A DNA stretch of 64,000 nt from Azotobacter chroococcum. GTDB taxonomy: Bacteria > Pseudomonadota > Gammaproteobacteria > Pseudomonadales > Pseudomonadaceae. This document shows, in pieces, positions 49,224 through 59,194 of this stretch. A model generated the notes under the pieces. The model saw only the letters and a program-made list of their open reading frames with translations. It had not been told where the DNA came from and searched no databases. The stretch is taken from positions 13,194-77,193 of the forward strand of contig NZ_SMMU01000012.1 of NCBI RefSeq assembly GCF_004339665.1. The letters are read 5' to 3'. A program made the position numbers and the translations under genes. Each line of letters starts with the position of its first letter. Position 1 is the first letter of the stretch.

Positions 49224-49270
49224 CTGCCGCAGTTCCTGGGTTGTGCCGCGGGAATTCTAGCGCGGCGCGG

Positions 49271-49303
49271 AAAAAAGCAAAGGGCGCCGAAGGCGCCCTT
49301 TTG
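49271..49303. terminator. bidirectional rho-independent terminator (AAAGGGCGCC-gaa-GGCGCCCTTT, A-run before and T-run after) downstream of amtB
   Basis: Perfect 10-bp stem with a 3-nt loop flanked by A6 and T4. A second 9-bp-stem hairpin lies at 49335-49365. Confidence 0.6.
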
Positions 49304-49379
49304 ACGGCTTGCCACCGGCGATGGGGGCAAAACCGCAGCGTGAACGGCGGCCGGAGCGTGCCGGCCGCCCTGCCCACAT

Positions 49380-50693
49380 TCAGAGGTTGTAGCCGCGCTC
49401 GTTGTGCAGGGAGAGGTCGAGACCGATGGTTTCCTCCTCGTCGCTGACGCGCAGGCCCATCACCCGCTCGATCACCTTGAGGATCACGAAGGTGACGACG
49501 CCGGTGTAGATCACGGTGAAGAGCACGCCCTTGATCTGGATCCACAGCTGGGTGGCGATGCTGTCCACCTCGCCGAAGCCGCCCAGGGCCGGAGCCGCGA
49601 ACAGGCCGGTCAGCACCGCACCGACGATGCCGCCGACGCCGTGTACGCCGAAGGCGTCGAGGGAGTCGTCATAGCCGAAGCGGCGCTTCACGGCGGTGGC
49701 GCTGTAGAAGCAGATCGCGCCGGAGGCCAGGCCGATCACCAGCGCGCCCATCGGGCCGGCGGTGCCGGCGGCCGGGGTGATGGCGACCAGGCCGGCGACC
49801 ACGCCGGAGGCGATGCCCAGGGCGCTCGGCTTGCCGTGGGTCAGCCATTCGGCGGCCATCCAGGCCAGCGCCGCGGCGGCGGTGGCGATCTGGGTCACCA
49901 GCATGGCCATGCCGGCGGTGCCGTTGGCGGCGATCGCCGAGCCGGCGTTGAAGCCGAACCAGCCGACCCACAGCATGGCCGCGCCGATCAGGGTGTAGCC
50001 GAGGTTGTGCGGGGTCATGGCGACGCCCGGGTAGCCCTTGCGCTTGCCCAGCACCAGGCAGGCGACCAGGCCGGCGACACCGGCGTTGATGTGCACCACG
50101 GTGCCGCCGGCGAAGTCGAGCACGCCCCAGTCCCACATCAGCGCGCCGTTGCCGCTCCAGACCATGTGCGCGATCGGTGCGTAGACCACCAGGAACCACA
50201 CCGACATGAACACCAGCATCGACGAGAACTTCATGCGCTCGGCGAAGGCACCGGCGATCAGCGCCGGGGTGATGATGGCGAAGGTCATCTGGAAGGTGAT
50301 GAAGATGCTTTCCGGGAAGGTGCCGACCAGGCTGTCGGTGCTCAGGCCGCTGAGGAAGGCCTTGTCCAGACCGCCGACGAAGGAGCTGAAGTTGAGCACG
50401 CCCTCTTCCATGCCGGTGGTGTCGAAGGCCAGGCTGTAGCCGAACAGGACCCAGAGCACGCTGATCAGGCCGGTGATGGCGAAGCACTGCATCATCACCG
50501 AGAGCAGGTTCTTCGAGCGCACCATGCCGCCGTAGAACAGCGCCAGGCCGGGAACGGTCATGAACAGCACCAGCGCCGTGGCGGTCAGCATCCAGGCGGT
50601 ATCGCCGGAATCCAGCGAAGCCTCCTGGGCGCTGGCCATGGCGGGCAGGAAGAGAGAGGAAAGGGCAGCAAGCCCTGCGCTTTTGCGCAGCAT
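49380..50693 (-). CDS. amtB: ammonium transporter
   Basis: 437 aa. Signal peptide plus 11 TM helices. Amt family signature DFAGGTVVHINAG.... Confidence 0.97.
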   Translation of the reverse strand: MLRKSAGLAALSSLFLPAMASAQEASLDSGDTAWMLTATALVLFMTVPGLALFYGGMVRSKNLLSVMMQCFAITGLISVLWVLFGYSLAFDTTGMEEGVLNFSSFVGGLDKAFLSGLSTDSLVGTFPESIFITFQMTFAIITPALIAGAFAERMKFSSMLVFMSVWFLVVYAPIAHMVWSGNGALMWDWGVLDFAGGTVVHINAGVAGLVACLVLGKRKGYPGVAMTPHNLGYTLIGAAMLWVGWFGFNAGSAIAANGTAGMAMLVTQIATAAAALAWMAAEWLTHGKPSALGIASGVVAGLVAITPAAGTAGPMGALVIGLASGAICFYSATAVKRRFGYDDSLDAFGVHGVGGIVGAVLTGLFAAPALGGFGEVDSIATQLWIQIKGVLFTVIYTGVVTFVILKVIERVMGLRVSDEEETIGLDLSLHNERGYNL

Positions 50694-50725
50694 TGATTAT
50701 CTCCTGGGGCGGGGGGATCGTAGGC

Positions 50726-51226
<501 letters not shown>

Positions 51227-51307
51227 TCATACCGCCAACCACAAACGGCCAAAACCCCCATGAGCGATATGGTTATGAATCTTTCGCCGGACGGCCGCGG
51301 GGAAATG

Positions 51308-51331
51308 CCGCACCCACCCGGTGTATAGCCA
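51308..51331 (-). promoter_or_regulatory. candidate NtrC-like dyad (GCACCCACCCGGTGT) in the glnK-amtB upstream region
   Basis: Resembles TGCACC-N5-GGTGCA half-sites. Lies in the 350-bp divergent glnK/ubiK intergenic region. I could not locate a clean sigma-54 -24/-12 element. Confidence 0.2.
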
Positions 51332-51415
51332 CACGAAAACCGTGCACGCCCCCTCGCGACAGCCTCGCCAATGCCCCGTGATACACTGGCGAACGACTGA
51401 TTCCGGAACCGCACC

Positions 51416-51691
51416 ATGCTGCCGCCCAAAGCCCTGTTCGACACCCTCAGCACCCACGCCTCCCGCCTGTTCAGCGGCGAGACGCCGCTCCCGCCCCGCG
51501 AACTCGAGGCCCAGTTCAAGGCCTTGCTGCAGAGCGCCTTCAGCAAGCTCGACCTGGTCAGCCGGGAAGAATTCGACAGCCAGATGACCGTCCTCGCCCG
51601 TACCCGCGCCCGCCTGGAAGCGCTGGAAGCCAAGGTCGCCGAGCTCGAGGCCCGCCTGGGCGAGCAGCCCCCCACCCCGCCCGCCGCCTGA
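51416..51691 (+). CDS. ubiK: ubiquinone biosynthesis accessory factor UbiK (YqiC/BMFP family)
   Basis: 91 aa, MLPPKALFDTLSTHASRLFSGETPLPPRELEAQFKALLQSAFSKLDLVSREEFDSQMTVLARTRARLEALEAKVAELEARL... coiled-coil C-terminus. Confidence 0.8.
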   Translation: MLPPKALFDTLSTHASRLFSGETPLPPRELEAQFKALLQSAFSKLDLVSREEFDSQMTVLARTRARLEALEAKVAELEARLGEQPPTPPAA

Positions 51692-51722
51692 CCGCGCGGG
51701 GAATGCGATCAAGGAGCGATCC

Positions 51723-53216
51723 ATGTCCCTGGCCATCGTCCACAGCCGCGCCCAGGTGGGTGTCGAGGCGCCCGCCGTCACCGTCGAGGCGCACCTCGCC
51801 AACGGCCTGCCGGCGCTGACCCTGGTCGGCCTGCCGGAAACCGCGGTCCGCGAGAGCAAGGATCGCGTGCGCAGCGCCATCCTCACCTCCGGCTTCGACT
51901 TTCCGGCACGGCGCATCACCCTCAACCTGGCCCCCGCCGACCTGCCCAAGGACGGCGGACGCTTCGACCTGGCCATCGCCCTGGGCATCCTCGCCGCCAG
52001 CGAGCAGTTGCCCGCCGAGACGCTGGGCAACCTGGAGTGCCTGGGCGAGCTGGCCCTCTCCGGCAGCCTGCGGCCGGTCCGGGGCGTGCTGCCCGCCGCG
52101 CTGGCCGCCCGCGCCGCCGGACGCACCCTGGTGGTGCCACGGGCCAACGCCGAGGAAGCCAGCCTGGCCTCGGGGCTGAACGTGCTGGCGGTCGACCACC
52201 TGCTGGAGCTGGCCGCCCACCTCAGCGGCCAGACCCCGCTGGCGCCCTACCTGGCCCAGGGCCTGCTGCGCCAGACGCGGCCCTACCCCGACCTTGCCGA
52301 CGTGCAGGGCCAGGCCGCGGCCAAGCGCGCCCTGCTGGTGGCCGCCGCCGGCAGCCACAACCTGCTGCTCAGTGGCCCGCCGGGAACCGGCAAGACCCTG
52401 CTGGCCAGCCGCCTGCCGGGACTGCTGCCACCGCTGGACGAGGGCGAGGCGCTGGAGGTGGCGGCGATCCATTCGGTGGCCGGCAGCGCGCCGCTCGCCG
52501 CCTGGCCGCAGCGGCCGTTCCGCCAGCCGCACCACAGCGCCTCGGGACCAGCGCTGGTCGGCGGCGGCAGCCGCCCGCGCCCCGGCGAGATCACCCTGGC
52601 GCACCAGGGCGTACTGTTCCTCGACGAGTTGCCGGAGTTCGATCGCAAGGTGCTGGAAGTGCTGCGCGAGCCCTTGGAAAGCGGCGAGATCGTCATCGCC
52701 CGGGCCAACGACAAGGTGCGCTTCCCGGCGCGCTTCCAGCTGGTGGCGGCGATGAATCCCTGCCCCTGCGGCTACCTGGGCGACCCTGCCGGCCGCTGCC
52801 GCTGCACCCCGGAGCAGATCCAGCGCTACCGCGCCAAGCTGTCCGGCCCGCTGCTCGACCGCATCGACCTGCACATCGGCGTCACCCGCGAGGCCACCGC
52901 CTTGGGCGCACCGCGTCTGGACGGTCCGGACAGCGCCGGCGCCGCGGCCCAGGTGGCGGCGGCGCGCACCCTTCAGCTGGCGCGCCAGGGCTGCCCCAAT
53001 GCGTTCCTTGATCTGCCCGGATTGCACCAGCACTGTGCACTGAACGACGAGGACCGCCAGTGGCTGGAACGCGCCTGCGAGCGCCTCGGCCTGTCGCTGC
53101 GCGCCGCCCACCGCATTCTCAAGGTGGCGCGCACCCTGGCCGATCTCGAAGCGGCGCCGGAGATCGCCCGCACCCACCTGGCCGAAGCCCTGCAGTACCG
53201 GGCCAGCAGCGCCTGA
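51723..53216 (+). CDS. comM: YifB/ComM family Mg-chelatase-like AAA+ ATPase
   Basis: 497 aa. N-terminal Lon-like domain. Walker A LLLSGPPGTGKT. Mg-chelatase ChlI-like core. C-terminal domain. Confidence 0.95.
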   Translation: MSLAIVHSRAQVGVEAPAVTVEAHLANGLPALTLVGLPETAVRESKDRVRSAILTSGFDFPARRITLNLAPADLPKDGGRFDLAIALGILAASEQLPAETLGNLECLGELALSGSLRPVRGVLPAALAARAAGRTLVVPRANAEEASLASGLNVLAVDHLLELAAHLSGQTPLAPYLAQGLLRQTRPYPDLADVQGQAAAKRALLVAAAGSHNLLLSGPPGTGKTLLASRLPGLLPPLDEGEALEVAAIHSVAGSAPLAAWPQRPFRQPHHSASGPALVGGGSRPRPGEITLAHQGVLFLDELPEFDRKVLEVLREPLESGEIVIARANDKVRFPARFQLVAAMNPCPCGYLGDPAGRCRCTPEQIQRYRAKLSGPLLDRIDLHIGVTREATALGAPRLDGPDSAGAAAQVAAARTLQLARQGCPNAFLDLPGLHQHCALNDEDRQWLERACERLGLSLRAAHRILKVARTLADLEAAPEIARTHLAEALQYRASSA

Positions 53217-53235
53217 GCGGGAAGAACCCGGCATT

Positions 53236-53300
53236 CCCCGTAGGAGCCAGCTTGCTGGCGATGCTCTGAGCCGATCGCCAGCAAGCTGGCTCCTGCGGGG
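53236..53300. repeat. 27-bp-stem near-perfect inverted repeat (one G:T wobble) with an 11-nt loop between convergent comM and SPFH genes
   Basis: CCCCGTAGGAGCCAGCTTGCTGGCGAT-gctctgagccg-ATCGCCAGCAAGCTGGCTCCTGCGGGG. Followed by AAAAGGG on the plus strand. Confidence 0.6.
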
Positions 53301-53327
53301 AAAAGGGTGGGTTGGAGAAAAAGCCTT

Positions 53328-54191
53328 TCAGCCGCGCCCGCCCAGCTTGCCCACCAGGCCGCGCAGGGTTTCCTGCAGGTCGGCGGGCATCAGCACCACC
53401 TTGGCGTTGTCGCTCTGGGCGAGCTTTTCCACCGAAGCGATGTACTTTTCGCCGAGCAGGTACATCATCGGCCCGGGCTCGCTGCCGACCGCGCTGGTCA
53501 CCCGGCGGATCGACTCGGACGAGGCCTCGGCCAGCAACACCTGGGCATTGGCGTCGCGGCGCGCCGCCTCCAGACGCGCCTCGGCCTCGAGGATCGCCGC
53601 CTGCTTCTCGCCCTCGGCCTTGGTCACCGCGGCCTTGCGCTCGCGCTCGGCGGCGGCCTGCAGCTCCATCGCCCGCTGCATCGACTCGGACGGCTTGATG
53701 TCCTGGATCTCCACCGACTTCACCGTCAGCCCCCAGTCCACCGCCTCGTCGGCGATGCTCTCGCGCAGCCGCGCCTTGATCTTGTCCCGCGAGGACAGCG
53801 CCTCGTCCAGCTCCATCTCGCCGACGATGGAGCGCAGGGTGGTCATGATCAGGTTGCGGATCGCCTCGGAAAAATCGGTGACCCCGTAGACCGCCTTGAC
53901 CGGGTCGGTGACCTTCACGAAGGCAATGGCATTGGCGAGGATCACCGCATTGTCGCGGGTGATGACCTCCTGCTGCTGCACGTCGAGGATGATGTCCTTG
54001 GTCACCAGCTTGTAGGCGACGTTGTCGAGGAAGGGAATGATGATATTCAGCCCCGGCCGCAGGGTGACGTGATAGCGCCCCAGCCGCTCCACGACCCACT
54101 CCTCGCCTTGGGCCACCAGCCGCACGCCCTTGGCGATGGTGATGAGAGCGAACGCGAGCACCGCGATCGCCACTGCCAGTCCCGCACTCAT
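53328..54191 (-). CDS. SPFH/band 7 (stomatin-like, QmcA-like) membrane protein
   Basis: MSAGLAVAIAVLAFALITIAKGVRLVAQGEEWVVERLGRYHVTLRPGLNIIIPFLDNVAYKLVTKDIILDV... 287 aa. AAGGAG RBS. The ORF track merges it with upstream nfeD into a single 439-aa ORF. Confidence 0.9.
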   Translation of the reverse strand: MSAGLAVAIAVLAFALITIAKGVRLVAQGEEWVVERLGRYHVTLRPGLNIIIPFLDNVAYKLVTKDIILDVQQQEVITRDNAVILANAIAFVKVTDPVKAVYGVTDFSEAIRNLIMTTLRSIVGEMELDEALSSRDKIKARLRESIADEAVDWGLTVKSVEIQDIKPSESMQRAMELQAAAERERKAAVTKAEGEKQAAILEAEARLEAARRDANAQVLLAEASSESIRRVTSAVGSEPGPMMYLLGEKYIASVEKLAQSDNAKVVLMPADLQETLRGLVGKLGGRG

Positions 54192-54219
54192 GGGTTGCTC
54201 CTTGTTCCGTTCCGAAAGA

Positions 54220-54647
54220 TCAAGCCCTGGCCACCTTGACGTAGCTGCCCTCGACCGACACCACCCGCACCCGCTGCCCCGCGGGAATCGCGGTCTCGGC
54301 CACTCCTCGGCGCCGAGGATCGGCTTCTGGAAGCGCACCCGGCCGCGCTCGAAGGGCGCGACGGCGCTGACCAAAAGCCCCACCTCGCCGATCGTCTCGC
54401 CGGCCGCCGTGCCGATCCGCGTCGTCTGCCGGCCGGGCCGGAACACGCCGAACCACAGCGCGGTCATCGCCAGCGAACTCAGCGTCCAGACCAGCAGCTG
54501 CGCGGTCAGCGAAAGCGCGCCGGCCAGCAGCAGCACGCCTGCCACCAGCAGGGCGCCGAGGCCGAACCAGATCACGAAAAACGCCGGTATGGCCAGCTCC
54601 AGCAGGATCAGCACGATCCCGCCGACGACCCAGTGCCACCACTCCAT
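54220..54647 (-). pseudogene. NfeD-family membrane protein gene with a -1 frameshift, possibly a sequencing error
   Basis: The N-terminal 117 aa (MEWWHWVVGGIVLILLELAIPAFFVIWFG...FQKPILGAEEWP) is in one frame. The canonical NfeD C-terminal OB-fold strands (AETAIPAGQRVRVVSVEGSYVKVARA*) are in the -1 frame ending at 54220. The frame junction is near 54295-54300 (…EEWP|AETAIP…). One extra G in a CCGG context would restore a ~143-aa NfeD. Confidence 0.6.
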
Positions 54648-54757
54648 TGCCCTTCCTCCTGCGCACTCGGCGTCTACATGTCGGCCACCGATATTAACTG
54701 GCCACTATCCCCGACAACAGGATGCAGCGCTGTGGAACGGTCTTGATCGAGCCCCTG

Positions 54758-55639
54758 TCAGCGACTCAGGGCTTCGTGCAGATAGTCGGTGAAGGCGCGA
54801 ATCAGCGCCGAGGACTGGCGATGCTGCGGATAGACCGCATAGACCTTGGTCGGCGGCCCCTGGAAGGCTTCGAGCACCGGCAACAGCGTGCCCGCGGACA
54901 GCTCCGGGCCGACGATGAAAGTCGGCAGCCAGGCGAGGCCGAGCCCGGCGAGGGCGGCGTCGCGCACCAGCTCGCCGTTGTTGACCCGGTAGCGGCCACG
55001 CACGCCGACGCGCTCGGGACGCCCGTCGCGCCAGTAGGTCCACTCCACCGCCTTGCCATGGCCGTAGAGCAGGCAGTCGTGCTCGCGCAGCTCCGCCGGC
55101 GTCTGCGGTGCGCCGCGTCGCCCGAGATAGGCGGGGCTGGCGCAGGTGACCATCTGCTGCGGAGCCAGGGCGCGGGCGATCAGCGTGGAATCAGCGAGTT
55201 CGCCGATGCGCACCGCCATGTCATAGCCCTCCTCGAGCAGGTCGACCCGCCGGTCGCTCAGGTCCAGTTCGACGGCGACCTCCGGGTAGCGCTCGAGAAA
55301 GCCCGGCAGCAGGCGACCGAGATGCAAGGTGCCGAAGGACATCGGCGCCGACAGGCGCAGCGTGCCCCGCGGCGTCGCCCGCAGTTGCAGGATGGCCTGC
55401 TCGGCCGCCTCCACGTCGTCGAGGATCTGCCTAGCCCGCTCGCAGTAGAGCAGCCCCAGCGGGGTGACGGCGAGCCGGCGGGTCGAGCGGTTGAGCAGGC
55501 GCACCCCCAGCCGTTCCTCCAAGCCCATCAGCCGGCGGCTGACGAACTGCTTGGACAACCCCAACGTCTCGGCCGCGGCGGTGAAGCTGCCGCCGTCCAC
55601 CACGGCGACGAGCAGGCGCATGTCCTCGAACTGGTTCAT
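54758..55639 (-). CDS. LysR family transcriptional regulator
   Basis: MNQFEDMRLLVAVVDGGSFTAAAETLGLSKQFVSRRLMGLEERLGVRLLNRSTRRLAVTPLG... HTH plus LysR substrate-binding domain. AGGAG RBS before the ATG at 55639. Confidence 0.9.
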   Translation of the reverse strand: MNQFEDMRLLVAVVDGGSFTAAAETLGLSKQFVSRRLMGLEERLGVRLLNRSTRRLAVTPLGLLYCERARQILDDVEAAEQAILQLRATPRGTLRLSAPMSFGTLHLGRLLPGFLERYPEVAVELDLSDRRVDLLEEGYDMAVRIGELADSTLIARALAPQQMVTCASPAYLGRRGAPQTPAELREHDCLLYGHGKAVEWTYWRDGRPERVGVRGRYRVNNGELVRDAALAGLGLAWLPTFIVGPELSAGTLLPVLEAFQGPPTKVYAVYPQHRQSSALIRAFTDYLHEALSR

Positions 55640-55756
55640 TGTCACTCCTGAGTAGACGATATTGCGCTTTTCAGCCTCTTAATCGAATCGCAAGGAGACA
55701 CTAGTCTGTGCTCATGGTGCAAGACAAGGCACCCCTACCGACCAGGAGATACGGAC

Positions 55757-56179
55757 ATGACCCTTTCGACCCCGACCGCCATCCACACCACCACCGCCTT
55801 CGCCGGCCGCGCCCTGCTGAGCTCGCTGTTTCTCGTCAGCGGCCTGGGCAAGGCCGCCGCCCCGGCCGCCACCCTCGGCTACATCGGCAGCACCGGCATG
55901 CCCTTCCCCACACTGGCCCTGGCGGCCGCGCTGCTGATCGAGCTGGGCTTCGCCGCGGCGCTGCTGGTCGGCTACCGCACCCGCCTGGTCGCCACCGTGA
56001 TGGCCGGCTTCACCCTGGCGACGGCCCTGGCGTTCCACAACCAGTTCGGCGACCAGAACCAGTTCATCCACTTCCTGAAGAACCTGGCGATCGCCGGCGG
56101 CCTGCTGCAGGTGGCCGCCTTCGGCGCCGGCGCCCTGAGCCTGGATGCCTACCGCAGCCGCCGTACCGCCCACGCCTGA
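55757..56179 (+). CDS. DoxX family membrane protein
   Basis: 140 aa, 4 TM, MTLSTPTAIHTTTAFAGRALLSSLFLVSGLGK... Divergent from the LysR gene. Confidence 0.85.
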   Translation: MTLSTPTAIHTTTAFAGRALLSSLFLVSGLGKAAAPAATLGYIGSTGMPFPTLALAAALLIELGFAAALLVGYRTRLVATVMAGFTLATALAFHNQFGDQNQFIHFLKNLAIAGGLLQVAAFGAGALSLDAYRSRRTAHA

Positions 56180-56227
56180 AGTTTCCCGCCCGGCTCCGGC
56201 CGGGCCGTCCCGACCGAGGAATCCGCC

Positions 56228-56956
56228 ATGCACCCCCACGAACTGCGCCGCTCCAGCGAGCGCGGCCAGGCCGACCACGGCTGGCTGCAATCCCGCCACA
56301 GCTTTTCCTTCGCCGCCTACCACGACCCCGAGCAGGTCGGCTTCTCCGACCTCCTGGTGATCAACGACGACCGCGTCGCCCCCGGCCAGGGCTTCGGCCG
56401 CCATCCGCACCGGGACATGGAAATCCTCTCCTACGTGCTCGACGGCGCCCTCGAGCACCAGGACAGCCTGGGCAACGGCTCGCTGATCCGTCCGGGCGAC
56501 ATCCAGCTGATGAGCGCCGGCACCGGTATCGCCCACAGCGAGTACAACGCCTCGCCCCGCGAGCCGGTGCACTTCCTGCAGATCTGGATCGTTCCGGCCG
56601 TCCGGGGCGTGACGCCGGGCTATCAACAGCAGCGCTTTGCCGCCGAGGACAAGCGCGGCCGGCTGCAGCTGATCCTCTCGCCGGACGGCGAGCGGGGCTC
56701 GCTGCGCCTCCACCAGGACGCCCGGGTCTACGCCGGGCTGTTCGACGGCGCGGAACGGGCCAGCCTGGAACTCGGCGGGCAGCGCCACGCCTACGTGCAC
56801 CTGGCGCGCGGTGCGCTGAGCGTCAACGGCCAGCGCCTGGAGGCGGGCGACGGCCTGCGCGTCCGCCATGCCGAGCGGCTGGAGTTCGCCGATGGCGAAC
56901 AGGCCGAGGTGCTGGTCTTCGACCTGCGCCCGAACGAACTGCCGCGGATGCCCTGA
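56228..56956 (+). CDS. pirin family protein (bicupin, quercetin 2,3-dioxygenase-like)
   Basis: 242 aa, ...FGRHPHRDMEILSYVLDGALEHQDSLGNGSLIRPGDIQLMSAGTGIAHSEYN... metal-binding His residues. Confidence 0.9.
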   Translation: MHPHELRRSSERGQADHGWLQSRHSFSFAAYHDPEQVGFSDLLVINDDRVAPGQGFGRHPHRDMEILSYVLDGALEHQDSLGNGSLIRPGDIQLMSAGTGIAHSEYNASPREPVHFLQIWIVPAVRGVTPGYQQQRFAAEDKRGRLQLILSPDGERGSLRLHQDARVYAGLFDGAERASLELGGQRHAYVHLARGALSVNGQRLEAGDGLRVRHAERLEFADGEQAEVLVFDLRPNELPRMP

Positions 56957-57073
56957 ACGGCGGCGGGCACGGGGCGCCGGAACGGCCAGCCGGATCGACG
57001 GGGTGGAGCCCGCTGAAAAGGCGCCGGCCGGGACTGCTAGAATGCCCGGCCGTCCCGTCCCGCGAGGTCCGCC

Positions 57074-59083
57074 ATGTCCCGACTCAACCCGCGCCAACAG
57101 GAAGCCGTGACCTACGTCGGCGGCCCGCTCCTGGTGCTCGCCGGCGCCGGCTCCGGCAAGACCAGCGTGATCACCCGCAAGATCGCCTACCTGATTCAGC
57201 AGTGCGGCATCCAGGCCCGGCACATCGTCGCCATGACCTTCACCAACAAGGCCGCCCGCGAGATGAAGGAGCGTGTAGGCAGCCTGCTGCGCGGCGCCGA
57301 GGGCAAGGGCCTGACCGTCTCCACCTTCCACAACCTCGGCCTCAACATCATCCGCAAGGAGCACGCGCGGCTTGGCTACAAGCCCGGCTTCTCGATCTTC
57401 GACGAGGGCGACATCAAGGCCCTGCTGACCGACATCATGCAGAAGGAGTACGCAGGCGACGACGGCGTCGACGAGATCAAGAACTACATCGGCACCTGGA
57501 AGAACGACCTGATCCTCCCCCAGGAGGCGCTCGACAAGGCGCGCACGCCCAAGGAGCAGACCGCCGCCGTCGTCTACCTGCACTACCAGCGCACCCTCAA
57601 GGCCTACAACGCGGTCGACTTCGACGACCTGATCCTGCTGCCGGTGAAGCTGTTCCAGGAGCACCCGGACCTCCTCGAGAAGTGGCAGAACCGCATCCGC
57701 TACCTCCTGGTCGACGAATACCAGGACACCAACGCCAGCCAGTACCTGCTGGTGAAGCTGCTGGTCGGCATGCGCAACCAGTTCACCGTGGTCGGCGACG
57801 ACGACCAGTCGATCTACGCCTGGCGCGGCGCGCGTCCGGAAAACCTGATGCAGCTGAAGGAGGACTACCCCTCGCTGAAGGTGGTGATGCTCGAGCAGAA
57901 CTACCGCTCGACCAGTCGCATCCTGAAATGCGCCAACGTGCTGATCGCCAACAACCCCCATGTGTTCGACAAGCAGCTGTGGAGCGAGATGGGCCACGGC
58001 GACGAGATCCGCGTGATCCGCTGCCGCAACGAGGAAACCGAGGCCGAGCGGGTGGCCATGGAGATCCTCACCCTGCACCTGAAGACCGGCCGGCCCTACA
58101 GCGACTTCGCCATCCTCTACCGCGGCAACTACCAGTCGCGGCTGATGGAGCTCAAGCTGCAGCACCACCAGATCCCCTACCGCCTTTCCGGCGGCACCAG
58201 CTTCTTCGCCCGCCAGGAGGTGAAGGACCTGATGAGCTACTTCCGCCTGCTGGTCAACCCGGACGACGACAACGCCTTCCTGCGGGTGATCAACGTGCCG
58301 CGCCGGGAAATCGGCTCGGCGACCCTGGAAAAGCTCAGCCACTACGCCGGCGAGCGCAACCTCTCGCTCTACGAAGCCGCCGGCGAACTGGGCCTCGCCC
58401 AGCACCTCGACAGCCGCTACTGCGAGCGCCTGGCGCGCTTCACCCGCTGGATGGACGGCGTGCGCCAGCAGTGCGCGCAGCACGACCCGATCGCCGCCCT
58501 GCGCAGCATGGTGATGGACCTCGACTACGAGAACTGGCTCAGGCAGAACGCCTCCAGCGACAAGGTCGCCGAGGTGCGCATGGGCAACGTCTGGTTCCTC
58601 GTCGAGGCGCTGAAGAACACGCTGGAGAAGGACGAGGACGGCGAGATGACCATCGAGGAGGCCATCGGCAAGCTGGTGCTGCGCGACATGCTGGAACGCC
58701 AGCAGGAAGAGGAGGAAGGCGCCGAGGGCGTGCAGATGCTCACCCTGCACGCCTCCAAGGGCCTGGAGTTCCCCCACGTGTTCATCATCGGCGTGGAGGA
58801 GGAAATCCTCCCCCACCGCTCCAGCATCGAGGCCGACACCATCGAGGAGGAGCGCCGCCTGGCCTACGTCGGCATCACCCGCGCCCGGCAGAACCTGGTG
58901 ATGACCTTCGCCGCCAAGCGCAAGCAGTACGGCGAGATCATCGACTGCACGCCCAGCCGCTTCCTCGCCGAGCTGCCGCAGGACGACCTGGCCTGGGAAG
59001 GCCAGGAGGATGCGCCGGTGGAAGCCAAGGCGGCGCGGGGCAAGAATGCGCTGGCGGACATCAGGGCGATGCTCAAGCGCTGA
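57074..59083 (+). CDS. rep: ATP-dependent DNA helicase Rep
   Basis: 669 aa, MSRLNPRQQEAVTYVGGPLLVLAGAGSGKTSVITRKIAYLIQQCGIQARHIVAMTFTNKAAREMKERV... UvrD/Rep superfamily 1 helicase motifs. Confidence 0.97.
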   Translation: MSRLNPRQQEAVTYVGGPLLVLAGAGSGKTSVITRKIAYLIQQCGIQARHIVAMTFTNKAAREMKERVGSLLRGAEGKGLTVSTFHNLGLNIIRKEHARLGYKPGFSIFDEGDIKALLTDIMQKEYAGDDGVDEIKNYIGTWKNDLILPQEALDKARTPKEQTAAVVYLHYQRTLKAYNAVDFDDLILLPVKLFQEHPDLLEKWQNRIRYLLVDEYQDTNASQYLLVKLLVGMRNQFTVVGDDDQSIYAWRGARPENLMQLKEDYPSLKVVMLEQNYRSTSRILKCANVLIANNPHVFDKQLWSEMGHGDEIRVIRCRNEETEAERVAMEILTLHLKTGRPYSDFAILYRGNYQSRLMELKLQHHQIPYRLSGGTSFFARQEVKDLMSYFRLLVNPDDDNAFLRVINVPRREIGSATLEKLSHYAGERNLSLYEAAGELGLAQHLDSRYCERLARFTRWMDGVRQQCAQHDPIAALRSMVMDLDYENWLRQNASSDKVAEVRMGNVWFLVEALKNTLEKDEDGEMTIEEAIGKLVLRDMLERQQEEEEGAEGVQMLTLHASKGLEFPHVFIIGVEEEILPHRSSIEADTIEEERRLAYVGITRARQNLVMTFAAKRKQYGEIIDCTPSRFLAELPQDDLAWEGQEDAPVEAKAARGKNALADIRAMLKR

Positions 59084-59086
59084 GAT

Positions 59087-59104
59087 CACCCGCCACGGCG
59101 GGTG
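59087..59104. terminator. short GC hairpin (CACCCGCC-acg-GGCGGGTG) 4 nt after the rep stop, without a T-tract
   Basis: Inverted repeat seen in the sequence. Weak, non-canonical terminator. Confidence 0.3.
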
Positions 59105-59194
59105 CTCATGAAACACCGGCTCAAGACTGCAGCGACCCGGCGCCCGAACATCGTCACCGGCCTGCCCCCTGGCACACCGGACGTCAATTTCTTC

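Noticed and set aside
53328-54647. 439-aa ORF suggesting a natural NfeD-stomatin fusion protein
   Set aside because: The NfeD C-terminal OB-fold sequence is in the other frame. The linker translation (RPRFPRGSGCGWCRSRAATSRWPGLDLSERNKEQP) is nonsense. The stomatin gene has its own AAGGAG RBS and ATG. Interpreted as a frameshift plus read-through artefact.
55646-55756. LysR-type T-N11-A box in the LysR/DoxX divergent region
   Set aside because: Only a 5-bp TTGCG…CGCAA dyad separated by 23 nt was found, too far apart for a canonical LTTR box. Not reported as a feature.
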